Source: Candidatus Xenobia bacterium
GTDB taxonomy: Bacteria > Vulcanimicrobiota > Xenobia > Xenobiales > QWHO01
NCBI GenBank assembly: GCA_045863235.1
Contig: BTUM01000070.1
Location: 1 to 41,716, forward strand
Length of the DNA: 41,716 nt
Direction of reading: 5' to 3'
Position 1 is the stretch's first letter, and each line of letters opens with the position of its first letter. A model generated the notes under the pieces. It ran no database searches, was not told where the DNA came from, and saw nothing but the letters and a program-made list of their open reading frames with translations. Below are positions 16,700 through 25,908 of the stretch, piece after piece. The translations under genes were made by a program, and so were the position numbers.

Positions 16700-17701
16700 T
16701 TAGAGCTTGCCCTGCTCGAGCAGGGCCTCGGCGATCTGGACGGCGTTGGTGGCGGCGCCCTTGCGCAGGTTGTCGGCCACCACCCAGAAATTCAGCCCGT
16801 TGGCCACGCTCGGATCCTGACGCAGGCGACCCACCAGGGTCTGGTCCTGGTGCTGGGCGTCGAGCGGGGTGGGATAGACGCCCTTTCCGGGATCGTCCAT
16901 CAGCACCACTCCGGGGGCCTCCGAGAGGAGCTTGCGGGCCTCCTCCACGCCGAGAGGACGCTCGAACTCGGCCGCTACCGACTCGGAGTGAGCATAGAAT
17001 ACCGGCACCCGCACGCAGGTGGCCGTGATGGCCAGGTCGGGCAGGTCCAGGATCTTGCGCGTCTCATCCATCATCTTGCGCTCTTCCCCGGTGAACCCGT
17101 CGGCCTGAAAGGACGCGATGTGAGGCAACAGGTTGAAAGCGATCTGGCGGGGATAGACTCTGGCTTCGGGCATGGGCTTGCCCTGCCCGTAAGCCTCGGC
17201 CTGGGCCTGCAACTCGTCGATGGCGTCCTTGCCGGTGCCCGAAACGGATTGGAAGGTGGTCACGACCACTCGCTTGAGGCCGGCGGCCCGGTGCAGCGGG
17301 GCCAGGGCCACCACCATCTGGATGGTGGAGCAGTTGGGATTGGCCACCAGCTTCGAGCTCCCCAGATGGTGCGGGTTGACTTCGGGCACCACCAGGGGAA
17401 CCTTGGGATCCATCCGGTAGGTCGCTGAATTGTCGACCACCGTGGCGCCCGATTCGTTGGCCCGGGGCGCGTAGACCGAGCTGGCCACCTCCCCGCCCGC
17501 GAACAGGGCCAGGGCTACCCGGCCGAAATCGAACTCCTCCACCGACAGCACGGTGTGTCCTTCCACTTTCGTGCCGGCCGAGCGCGGAGTGGCCAGGGCG
17601 TGCAGTTCGTCGACCGGAAAATTGCGTTCCTGGAGCACTCGGATCATCGCCTTGCCCACGGCTCCGGTGGCTCCCACCACGGCGACGTTCAGCTTCCTCA
17701 C
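16700..17701 (-). CDS. asd: Aspartate-semialdehyde dehydrogenase
   Basis: VVGATGAVG, PLVVPEVN, ANPNCST, QSVSGTG, TCVRVPVFYAHSE, DNLRKGAATNAVQIAE. Confidence 0.97.
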   Translation of the reverse strand: MRKLNVAVVGATGAVGKAMIRVLQERNFPVDELHALATPRSAGTKVEGHTVLSVEEFDFGRVALALFAGGEVASSVYAPRANESGATVVDNSATYRMDPKVPLVVPEVNPHHLGSSKLVANPNCSTIQMVVALAPLHRAAGLKRVVVTTFQSVSGTGKDAIDELQAQAEAYGQGKPMPEARVYPRQIAFNLLPHIASFQADGFTGEERKMMDETRKILDLPDLAITATCVRVPVFYAHSESVAAEFERPLGVEEARKLLSEAPGVVLMDDPGKGVYPTPLDAQHQDQTLVGRLRQDPSVANGLNFWVVADNLRKGAATNAVQIAEALLEQGKL

Positions 17702-18507
17702 AGGTCGAGCACGTTCTCCAGCCCCACCACCATCCCCGAGATGCGGTTGACCCGCTGGATAGCCAGGATCACGCCTGGCATGTAGCTCTCGCGCGAATAA
17801 GAATCGTGCCGGATGCTCAAGGTCTCGCCGGCGGCTCCCAGGATGACCTCCTGGTGAGCCACCAGACCAGGCATGCGCACCGAGTGAATCCGAATCCCGG
17901 CCATGCTCCCGCCCCGCACGCCCTTGATGTTCTCGGGTCCCTCGGTGGCAGCTCGAAAGCCGTCCGGACGCGCCTTGCGCATCTGCTCGGCGGTGCGCGC
18001 CGCCGTGCCCGAGGGGGCGTCGAGCTTGCGCTCGTGGTGCATCTCAATGATCTCGGCCCAGCGGAAGTACTTGGCGGCTTCGCGGGCAAAGCGCATCATC
18101 AGCACCGCCCCCATGGCGAAGTTGGGCACCAGCAGCATGCGATTGCCGGCCGCCGCCTGATCGAGCTCGTTCTCGTCGGCGGCGGGGATGCCGGTGGTGC
18201 CGACCACGGCTGCCACCTTGTGACGAAAGGCGGCCAGTACGTTGTCTTTGACGGCCGGACCCACGGTGAAGTCCACCATGACGCCGCCCTGAGCCTGCTC
18301 CAGGGCCGGCTCGAGCTGATCGGTGACAGCCACGCCGCAAGGCTCGCCGGTGGAAAGCTGGCCGATATCCTCGCCGAGATGCCGGGCGTGGCCTACGGCC
18401 GCAACCAGCTGCATGTCGACCTGCTGCAGCACGGTGCCCACGGTCTCTCGCCCCATCCGCCCGGTGGCACCCACCACGACGACCGGAATGACATCGGTCT
18501 CGGCCAT
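17698..18507 (-). CDS. dapB: 4-hydroxy-tetrahydrodipicolinate reductase
   Basis: GATGRMG, DFT, VGTTG, EIIEMHHERKLDAPSGTA, IHSVRMPG, HDSYSR. Confidence 0.97.
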   Translation of the reverse strand: MAETDVIPVVVVGATGRMGRETVGTVLQQVDMQLVAAVGHARHLGEDIGQLSTGEPCGVAVTDQLEPALEQAQGGVMVDFTVGPAVKDNVLAAFRHKVAAVVGTTGIPAADENELDQAAAGNRMLLVPNFAMGAVLMMRFAREAAKYFRWAEIIEMHHERKLDAPSGTAARTAEQMRKARPDGFRAATEGPENIKGVRGGSMAGIRIHSVRMPGLVAHQEVILGAAGETLSIRHDSYSRESYMPGVILAIQRVNRISGMVVGLENVLDL

Positions 18508-18516
18508 GATTCCTCC

Positions 18517-19815
18517 TTACTGAGCGCGGGCCGCCTCGGCGGCGCCGGCGGCCCCCGCCGTCAGCGGTCGGCCTTTGACGCCGTCGATCTCAGTCACCGG
18601 GCCCAGCACCGCCAGCGTGTAGCGCTCGGTATCGAGCAGCCACTCGGCCAGCTCTTTCACCTGCTCGGGGGTGACCGCGTCGATCTTGGTGATGACTTCT
18701 TCCAGACTGATGAGGCGTCCGTAATAATGCTCACAGCGGGCAAGCCGCATCATGCGACTGGAGGTCGACTCCAGCGCCAGCGCAATGGAGCCCTTCAGGT
18801 GCTCGCGAGCACGCTCGAACTCGACCGGGGTCATCCCCTCGTGGCGCAGGCTGAGAAGAACCTGACGAGTGAGCTCGAGTACCTGAGGCATACGCTCGGC
18901 GCTGGTACTGGCGTAGATCCCGAAGACTCCACAGTCGCGATAAGAGTTTTGAAAGGTGCCCACCGAGTAGACCAGACCACGCTTCTCCCTGATCTCCTGG
19001 AACAAGCGCGAGGACATCGAGCCACCCAGCACGCTGTCGAGCACCAGCATGGCATAGCGCCGATCATCGGTCTGCGACAACCCGTCGCAGCCGTAGCACA
19101 TGTAGGCCTGCTCGCAATCTTTGGTGCGCACCGTGGTGCGCGGGTTCGAGCGGGGGACGCTGTGAGTCATCTCCGAACGGGCAGTGGGAAGGCCTTGATT
19201 GAGGAAACCGCTGACCTGCTCGAGGAAGGCCTCGTGTTGCACCTGCCCGGCCGCTGCCACGATCAGATTTGGGGCCACATAGTGGCGGGCCAGGTAGCCC
19301 TTCAGCTCCTGGCGGTTGAGCGAGCTGACCACTTCGCGCCGCCCGATGACCGGCCGGCCCAGCGGATCGTCACCCCACAGCGTGCGGGTGAACAGATCGA
19401 AGATGATCTCGTCGGGAGCATCCTCGTACATCTTGATCTCTTCCAGGATGACGCCCTTCTCGCGTTCGATCTCCTGCTCGTCGAGCAGCGAGTTGAGCAG
19501 CATGTCCGAGAGGATCTCGAGAGCCAGGGGCAGGTGGTGATCCATCACCCGGGCGTAATAGCAGGTGGACTCTTTCTCGGTGAAGGCGTTGATATGGCCC
19601 CCCACGCCGTCCATCGCCTCGGCGATCTCGGCCGCGGTGCGAGAGGGGGTTCCTTTGAACAGCAGGTGCTCGAGGAAGTGCGACAGCCCCGCCTGATCGG
19701 ACTTCTCGTTGCGCGAGCCTACGGTGGCCCAGATGCCCAGCGAGCAGGAACGAAACTCGGGCATCTCTTCGGTGACCACGGTCAAACCGTTTTCAAGGAT
19801 GGTTTTCTTGTACAT
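18517..19815 (-). CDS. M16 (pitrilysin-like) zinc peptidase
   Basis: HFLEH (HxxEH), NAFTEKE, GGSMSSRLFQEIREKRGLVY; usual position upstream of dapB. Confidence 0.95.
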   Translation of the reverse strand: MYKKTILENGLTVVTEEMPEFRSCSLGIWATVGSRNEKSDQAGLSHFLEHLLFKGTPSRTAAEIAEAMDGVGGHINAFTEKESTCYYARVMDHHLPLALEILSDMLLNSLLDEQEIEREKGVILEEIKMYEDAPDEIIFDLFTRTLWGDDPLGRPVIGRREVVSSLNRQELKGYLARHYVAPNLIVAAAGQVQHEAFLEQVSGFLNQGLPTARSEMTHSVPRSNPRTTVRTKDCEQAYMCYGCDGLSQTDDRRYAMLVLDSVLGGSMSSRLFQEIREKRGLVYSVGTFQNSYRDCGVFGIYASTSAERMPQVLELTRQVLLSLRHEGMTPVEFERAREHLKGSIALALESTSSRMMRLARCEHYYGRLISLEEVITKIDAVTPEQVKELAEWLLDTERYTLAVLGPVTEIDGVKGRPLTAGAAGAAEAARAQ

Positions 19816-19965
19816 ACAGAGTGTTGAGCGTTACGTAATGAAGGTTGAGCTATCCTTCGGGGGCGCCCCATCCAGGTCAGTCGGCCCAGGTCTGTGCAAA
19901 ACTTTCATCACTCCACTTTCGAGGCGGGGCTTCAACGACCACGGGAGGTTCCCCTTTGTGGGGCC

Positions 19966-21603
19966 TCAGGCCACCGATCCGAGGAGCTCGCGGGCGTGCC
20001 GACGGGCGGTCTCCGGCGAGGCGTCCCCACTCAGCATGCGAGCCAGCTCGCCCTCGCGCAGCTCGCCTTCCAGCCGCTCCACACCGATGCGGGTCTGATT
20101 CTTCTGAACTCTCTTGGCCAGCCGGAAGTGACGGGAAGCGGCAGCTGCCAGCACGGCCAGGTGGGTCACCGAAAGCACCTGACAACGCTGGCTCAACTCG
20201 CGCAGTTTGCCGCTGACGGCTTCAGCGGCGCGCCCGCCCAGGCCGGCGTCCACCTCGTCGAAGACCAGAGTGGGTACGGGCTCGAAGCGCGAGAAGACGG
20301 CCACCAGAGCCAGCATCAGCCGGGAAAGCTCGCCACCCGAGGCGATGCGGGCCAGGGGGAGCGGCTCGACCCCCGGGTTGGGGGCCAGCATGAACTCTCC
20401 CCGCTCGAGCCCGGTCGGGCCTGGCTGCTCGAGCGCTTCGAGCCGTACCTCAAAGCGGGTGCCCTCCAGGCCCAGACCCTTCAGCTCGACCTCCACCTCG
20501 CGAGAGAGCTTGCGAGCCGCCCGCCGCCTCTCCAGAGTGAGCTGACCGGCCAGCTCGTCGCGCTGTTGCCTGAGCTGGTCGAGCTCGGCCTCCAGCTCGT
20601 GCCCGCGGGCCTCGTGCTGAAGAAGCTCCTGGCGGCGCTGGCGGGCACGCCCGGCATACTCGAGCACCTCGCTCAGGTTGGCCCCGTACTTCCGCTTCAG
20701 GCCGCGCAGCAGGTCGAGGCGGGCCTCCACCTCCTCGAGTCGAGCCGGGTTGGACCCCAGCTCGTCGCAGTAGACGGCCAGCTCGTGTGACGTCTCCTGC
20801 AGCAGGGAAGCAGCCTCCCCCAGCCGGGTGACCATCGGCTCCAGGGTGGGGTCGTGGCGCAGGAGAGCTCGCAGCTGGCGCTCGGCTCGATCCAGGCCGC
20901 TCTGCCCCAGCAGTCCGGCCACCTGGGCGGTCCCCGCCGCGAGCTCGGAGGCCGAGGCCAGGCGCCTGGCCTCGGCCAGCAACACCTCCTCCTCGTCGGC
21001 CGCTGGCCTGGCTTGCTCGATCTCGGTCAACTCGTGCTCGATCCACTCCAGCTCGCGGTTTTTTTCGCGCTCTGCCTGGCGCCGCGCCTCCAACTCGGCG
21101 GCCAGGTGCTGGACGCGAGCCTGGCAGCGGGCATAGCTCTCCACTCGCTCGAGGTGAGCGGCCGAGGCCGAGCGGTCGAGCAGCTCGAGGTGCCGCGACG
21201 GGCGCAGCAGGCGATAATGCTGGTGTTGGCCGTGCAGATCGACCAGGTGCTCAGCAAGCTCGCGCAGGTTGGCCACCGTGCTCATGCGGTTGTTGATGCG
21301 GGCAACGCTGCGCCCTCCGGCACCGAGCTCGCGCGAGAGCACCAACTCATCACCGGCATCGAGACCCCACTGCTCGAGCAGGGCTCGCACCGGGCCGCTG
21401 TTGACGCGAAAGCGACCCTGCACCCGGGTTTGCCCGGCGCCACCCCCACGCTCGAGCCCTCCCCCGAGCAAGAAACCCAGGGCGTCGAGCACGATGGACT
21501 TGCCCGCACCCGTCTCTCCGGTCAGCACGTTGAAAGCCCCGTCGAACTCCAGACGCGCTTCCTGGACCAGGGCGAAGTTGAAAATTTCCAGTTCTTCCAG
21601 CAT
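19966..21603 (-). CDS. recN: DNA repair protein RecN
   Basis: GETGAGKS, HGQH, coiled coil, ASGGELSR, FDEVDAG, VTHL, ELARML. Confidence 0.96.
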   Translation of the reverse strand: MLEELEIFNFALVQEARLEFDGAFNVLTGETGAGKSIVLDALGFLLGGGLERGGGAGQTRVQGRFRVNSGPVRALLEQWGLDAGDELVLSRELGAGGRSVARINNRMSTVANLRELAEHLVDLHGQHQHYRLLRPSRHLELLDRSASAAHLERVESYARCQARVQHLAAELEARRQAEREKNRELEWIEHELTEIEQARPAADEEEVLLAEARRLASASELAAGTAQVAGLLGQSGLDRAERQLRALLRHDPTLEPMVTRLGEAASLLQETSHELAVYCDELGSNPARLEEVEARLDLLRGLKRKYGANLSEVLEYAGRARQRRQELLQHEARGHELEAELDQLRQQRDELAGQLTLERRRAARKLSREVEVELKGLGLEGTRFEVRLEALEQPGPTGLERGEFMLAPNPGVEPLPLARIASGGELSRLMLALVAVFSRFEPVPTLVFDEVDAGLGGRAAEAVSGKLRELSQRCQVLSVTHLAVLAAAASRHFRLAKRVQKNQTRIGVERLEGELREGELARMLSGDASPETARRHARELLGSVA

Positions 21604-21676
21604 GCAAGTTGAATTCTCCGCAAGGCCGGGTGGACTCCTGCAAACTTTCAGGAAACTTAATGAATCGCGAAGTTTC

Positions 21677-23350
21677 CTAGAGTTGCTGCCAACCCGTCAG
21701 GCGGAAGCTGCCCACCGAGTGCAGCGTCTTGAGGTAGCGAGGGTCGTAGCGCAGGTTGACCGAGCGCAACACCATCCCGGGGATTCCCTCGGCCCCGGGC
21801 ATCCCGCCGGTCAAAATGGCCCCTTGCACGCTCAACGTGCTGGCCCCATCGGGAAGAAACGAAGCCGAGCGATCCGCCACGATCAGGCCTTTGAAGTCCC
21901 CTCCGGCGCGCATCACCAGGTGGCGGGCGTAGATCACCATCCCCTGGTCGTGGCTGTCGAGCCGTCCCCCGCCCAGGGTCAGCGTCCCGTCCACGATCAG
22001 GGTGGCGTTGGTGCCGGACAGCACCGTGGGGGGATAGTCGGCGTAAGTTGGATCTTGCGAGAGCGGTCGCCACAGATCGAGGTCGCCCTTGACATGCAGC
22101 GCGCAGTCGCGGAGGGTGATGGAGGCCGGGTAGGCCTCGGCGATCAACACGCCCCGGTCGGTGTCGCCTTCCGGCCAGATGACGCGACTGACCAGATTGC
22201 CGTTCACTTCCCAGCGCGGGGTGGTCTCCCCCGTCAGGGTCAGCTGATTGCCGAGCACGTAGGTGGGACGAGGGTCCTCCAGGGGCGGCGTAATCATGGT
22301 GATGCCCGGCACGGCGCTGCCCACCGCGGGGCGAATCATGCGGCGCAAGATGTCCAGAGGGTCTACCTGGAGGTCCTGATACGAGACAGTGCCGTCGAAC
22401 TGATTGCGAGGGGCCACGTAGACTGCTCCTGCGCCCAGCGCCGCCTGGTCTTCGTGAATCACGACCCGACCGTCGAGGTGGTTGCGCAGATCGGCCCCTC
22501 CCCCACCGACCGGAGCCGGCAGCGGGTCGCGCTCTCCTCCGCTCATGTTGTACCAGTAGGAGGGCCGGTCGGGCAGGGTGGTGACGAGCGGCCTGGTCGT
22601 GATGTTCCCGTAAGGATTGAAGGCGCCGTTGCGGGTCAGGCGGGGGCCCAGCGTGATCGTGCCCGGCACCTGGGTCACCTGGCATCGCAGGAACTCGCGC
22701 CGGGTCACCCACAGGCGCGGCCCATCGGCATCGCTGTCGGGACGGTTGCCAAACATGTTGCCGGGCCAGGCGCGCCCCACGAAGACCGAGCCCTCCACCC
22801 GGCTGGGAGCCACCTCCAGGCCGGGGGCCAACTCCTCGTCGAGCCAGCCGCACAGCACCAGCGGGCCGCGCCCGACGTAGGCGGCATAGGGCCACACTCG
22901 CCGCACCAGAGCCCGAAACTCGCGCCTGGCTCCCTCGACCTGAACGCTCAGGATCAACTCCAGAGTAAAAGGCGGGACGCTGCGAGAGGGGGTTCCCCGA
23001 TCGAGGTAGCCCGCCTGCGGAAACTCCGAATAGAGATTGTCGGTCGACTTGTAGGCCAGCCCCGGTAGAAAGCCGATGCGGCAACCGGGAACAATCTCGG
23101 TATCAGGGTAACGGGCAACCAGGTCCACGGTGGGGATGGAGGGCGGCATCGGCAGGTCGGCCTCGATGCGGCGCAGGTCGGCCATCAGCTGGGCCATCCC
23201 GGAGCGAGCCAGCAGTTGGGCCCGGGCCTCGAGGTTGTTGCGCCGGGCCAGGTTGAGCGAGACGGTGGAGAGGGTGCACAGGGCCAGTCCCAGCGTAAGC
23301 AGCACCGAGACCACGCCCAGGACGGTTGGCAGCGCCAGACCCCGCCTCAC
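21677..23350 (-). CDS. PilX/GspK-like large minor pilin (hypothetical)
   Basis: GTG 23350 overlaps the upstream stop; MRRG-LALPTVLGVVSVLL hydrophobic N-terminus, A..LA.SG motif, beta-rich C-terminus. Confidence 0.65.
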   Translation of the reverse strand: MRRGLALPTVLGVVSVLLTLGLALCTLSTVSLNLARRNNLEARAQLLARSGMAQLMADLRRIEADLPMPPSIPTVDLVARYPDTEIVPGCRIGFLPGLAYKSTDNLYSEFPQAGYLDRGTPSRSVPPFTLELILSVQVEGARREFRALVRRVWPYAAYVGRGPLVLCGWLDEELAPGLEVAPSRVEGSVFVGRAWPGNMFGNRPDSDADGPRLWVTRREFLRCQVTQVPGTITLGPRLTRNGAFNPYGNITTRPLVTTLPDRPSYWYNMSGGERDPLPAPVGGGGADLRNHLDGRVVIHEDQAALGAGAVYVAPRNQFDGTVSYQDLQVDPLDILRRMIRPAVGSAVPGITMITPPLEDPRPTYVLGNQLTLTGETTPRWEVNGNLVSRVIWPEGDTDRGVLIAEAYPASITLRDCALHVKGDLDLWRPLSQDPTYADYPPTVLSGTNATLIVDGTLTLGGGRLDSHDQGMVIYARHLVMRAGGDFKGLIVADRSASFLPDGASTLSVQGAILTGGMPGAEGIPGMVLRSVNLRYDPRYLKTLHSVGSFRLTGWQQL

Positions 23351-23907
23351 AGCTCGCCCTCGTAAGCGGTGTTGCCGCCACCGAGCAGCTCGTAGCGAAA
23401 AGCGCCCTCTTGCAGCTCGAGGCGGTAGCGCACCCCCCCGGTAGGCCCCGGAGAGGGCAGAAAGCTCTTCACTCCGCGGGCCAGGATGCGGCCCCGGGCC
23501 AGTTCGGCGGGAGTGGGGGGATCGCTGGCCACCACCGTGGGCTGCTCGGCGGAGGGCGCTGCCAGCGATCGGGTGAAGCGCCACAGTCGCTCGCGATCGT
23601 CGAGCCAGAAGCCCACCCACTCACTCCACAGGGGCTGGCCATACTCATCGAAGCTCGGGGGCTCTCCGGCCGACAGGAGGATCAGGAAGCCGTCCCGGGC
23701 GTGGACCAGTTGCGGAGCGCTCTGCCCCAGGTCGTGGCGGATGCGATAGACAGCCGACAGAGCCGCCTGCTGCACGCTGGCCTTCGCCTGATTGCGGCGC
23801 CAGATGCCCAGGGCGGGAATGAAGACCTGCACGCTGAGAGCGATCAGGGTGAGCAAGAGCCCCCCCGAGATCATCACCTCCACCAGCGTGAAAGCCCGCC
23901 TGCTCAC
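23347..23907 (-). CDS. Prepilin-type N-terminal cleavage/methylation protein (PilW/GspJ-like)
   Basis: GTG 23907: MSRRA-FTLVEVMISGGLLLTLI, class III signal with Glu+5. Confidence 0.8.
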   Translation of the reverse strand: MSRRAFTLVEVMISGGLLLTLIALSVQVFIPALGIWRRNQAKASVQQAALSAVYRIRHDLGQSAPQLVHARDGFLILLSAGEPPSFDEYGQPLWSEWVGFWLDDRERLWRFTRSLAAPSAEQPTVVASDPPTPAELARGRILARGVKSFLPSPGPTGGVRYRLELQEGAFRYELLGGGNTAYEGEL

Positions 23908-24242
23908 GTGCGCAGCTCCTTGCGCAGCCAGAACTCCAGGGGCACCCGGGCATTGTGCCACTCCACCCGCACCCGCACGTCGAAAAGGTCACTGGCCACG
24001 CTGGTGGTGGAGCGATGGCAGCGGTACTCGGTTCCGTTCAGGGTGAAGGTCAACGTCTCCGGCGCGCCCGGGGAAGTCGCTTCCTCCACCAGCATGGTGC
24101 CCAGGCTGGTAGCGGTTTCGAGCTTCTCGGCCTGATCCAGCGAGAGGATTCCGGCCGGCATCAGGCTCAAGACCATGATCAGGGAGATGGCCAGAAAGCC
24201 CACCGCCACAACGATTTCCAGCAAACTGAGGCCCCGTCGCAT
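23904..24242 (-). CDS. Prepilin-like protein (PilV/GspI-like)
   Basis: MRRG-LSLLEIVVAVGFLAISL class III signal; C-terminal VRVRVEW strand. Confidence 0.82.
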   Translation of the reverse strand: MRRGLSLLEIVVAVGFLAISLIMVLSLMPAGILSLDQAEKLETATSLGTMLVEEATSPGAPETLTFTLNGTEYRCHRSTTSVASDLFDVRVRVEWHNARVPLEFWLRKELRT

Positions 24243-24306
24243 GTGAATTTTCTTCTTGCTTTCAGATTCAGTCCCTTTTGAGGACGGTCTGACTAAACTA
24301 TATCTG

Positions 24307-25326
24307 ATGGAAAAGATAAAAGCCGGCTGGGCGGTGTTGATCTATAGCTCCGCCTCGCCCGACATCGAGCAAGCTGCCCGCCAGAGCCTGGCCGAGATCG
24401 CTCCCCACGACTCGGTGGTGGTCGGCTCGCAGCTGGGCGTGAAGGAGAACGGGCAGGCGGTGGCCCTGCGCTCGGACGGCACTCGTCTGGAGGGCGTGGA
24501 TATGAGTCGCCCCGCCTCGCTGACCGAGTTCCTGCGCTGGGGCATGGAGCACTACCCGGCCGAGCGGGTCATGGTGGTGCTGGGAGGGCACGGGGGAGGC
24601 TTTCTGGGGGCCGTCAGCGATGTCGAGCGGCGGCGCTTCCTGGTGCCGGGCGAAATGCGCGCCGCCCTGGACGAGGCCGGCATCAAGCCGGATGTGCTGG
24701 TGTTCAACTCCTGCCTGATGGCCCAGGCCGAGATCGCCCACGAGCTTTATCCCAGGGCCCACTACCTGGTGGCCGCCCAGAGCGCCGAGGAGGGTGTGGG
24801 CATCCCCCTGGGCGAGGTGGTGAAATCCCTGCCCGGCCGGGACGCCGAGCAAGGCGCACTGGCCGTGGTGGAGGCCTGCCAGCGAACCCCCGAGCGTACC
24901 CCCACCATGGCGGCGCTCGATCTGACTTGCGTGGAGCCGCTTACGGACGCCCTCGACGAGCTGGCTCGCTCGTTCGACTCGGATCGCGCGAAGGTGCGCG
25001 AGCACGTGCTGGCCACTCCGCATTTCTGGAAGCACGAGTGGGACCGGCCCCTCTCCGAGATGCGCGACCTGTCCCTCTTCTTGCGTCGCCTGCAAGGGGA
25101 CCCGTCGCTGGCGATCAACCTGAGAGAGCTTGCCTCCTCGGCTCTGGAAGCGCTGGAGACCCTGGTGGTGGGCAGCACCGGCTCGGAGGGCCTGTCGGTC
25201 TACCTGCCGGGCTCTTCCCCGGCCGAACCGGTCGAGCAACGCTACCGCGCTCTGCGCTTTGCCCGCGAGACTTATTGGGATGAGGCGATCAAGGAACTGG
25301 CGCGGGAGGGCCCGAAGGGCGGCTGA
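24307..25326 (+). CDS. Clostripain-related cysteine peptidase (C11)
   Basis: LTEFLRWGMEHYPAER, GGHGGG (His), FNSCLMAQAE (Cys), GLSVYLP. ATG 24307 preferred over TTG 24256. Confidence 0.85.
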   Translation: MEKIKAGWAVLIYSSASPDIEQAARQSLAEIAPHDSVVVGSQLGVKENGQAVALRSDGTRLEGVDMSRPASLTEFLRWGMEHYPAERVMVVLGGHGGGFLGAVSDVERRRFLVPGEMRAALDEAGIKPDVLVFNSCLMAQAEIAHELYPRAHYLVAAQSAEEGVGIPLGEVVKSLPGRDAEQGALAVVEACQRTPERTPTMAALDLTCVEPLTDALDELARSFDSDRAKVREHVLATPHFWKHEWDRPLSEMRDLSLFLRRLQGDPSLAINLRELASSALEALETLVVGSTGSEGLSVYLPGSSPAEPVEQRYRALRFARETYWDEAIKELAREGPKGG

Positions 25327-25616
25327 TGCTCGACGAATCCGAATCCGGACTGAAGAACCAGAAGCTCGACCCCGCCCTGCGCGAGATGGCGGACGATCCC
25401 ACCGCGCCCGAGCTTTTGACGGTGATCATCCAGACGGTGGACGGTCTGAAGGACGACGACCGGCGCATGGTCAGCACCTTGCGCGGCACGGTGAAGGACG
25501 ACCTCTACATCATCAACGCCTTCTCCGCCGACGTGCCGCGCAGCGCCCTCAACAGCCTCATCCTCTCGCCTCGAGTCGTGCGGATCTACAACGACAGCGA
25601 GATCCGCGGCGCCTGA
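25326..25616 (+). CDS. Small protein resembling a stand-alone subtilase propeptide (inhibitor I9-like)
   Basis: KLDPAL..VIIQ..IINAFSADVP..LNSL..PRVVRIYNDSEI pattern; TGATG-coupled to the C11 gene. Confidence 0.6.
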   Translation: MLDESESGLKNQKLDPALREMADDPTAPELLTVIIQTVDGLKDDDRRMVSTLRGTVKDDLYIINAFSADVPRSALNSLILSPRVVRIYNDSEIRGA

Positions 25617-25631
25617 CGCCTCCTCCTGACC

Positions 25632-25808
25632 CCGGCGCGTGAGGCAGCAAAAGTGCGCCTCATGAGGCGCGATGCCCGTGCCTCATCCCGGCTCCGGCGC
25701 GTGAGGCAGCAAAAGTGCGCCTCATGAGGCGCGATGCCCGTGCCTCATCCCGGCTCCGGCGCGTGAGGCAGCAAAAGTGCGCCTCATGAGGCGCGATGCC
25801 CGTGCCTC
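25632..25808. repeat. Perfect tandem array of a 62-bp palindromic unit (about 2.9 copies)
   Basis: Units start at 25632, 25694 and 25756. Each has a central 16-bp palindrome GCGCCTCATGAGGCGC flanked by TGAGGCA/TGCCTCA. Confidence 0.96.
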
Positions 25809-25908
25809 GAGATCGTTCATCAATCTGTAACCTCAGGGCAATGAATCGGAAAGCTCCCGTTCACATGCATCCGAGAGATCCGAGTCGGGTTGGAGCGATG
25901 ATCGGCTT

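Noticed and set aside
19816..19965. Riboswitch or ncRNA upstream of the M16-dapB-asd run
   Set aside because: Only short weak stems; I could not match lysine-riboswitch or T-box consensus by eye. An Rfam scan would settle it.
25632..25808. CRISPR array
   Set aside because: Units are identical end to end with no unique spacers, and no cas genes are in the window.
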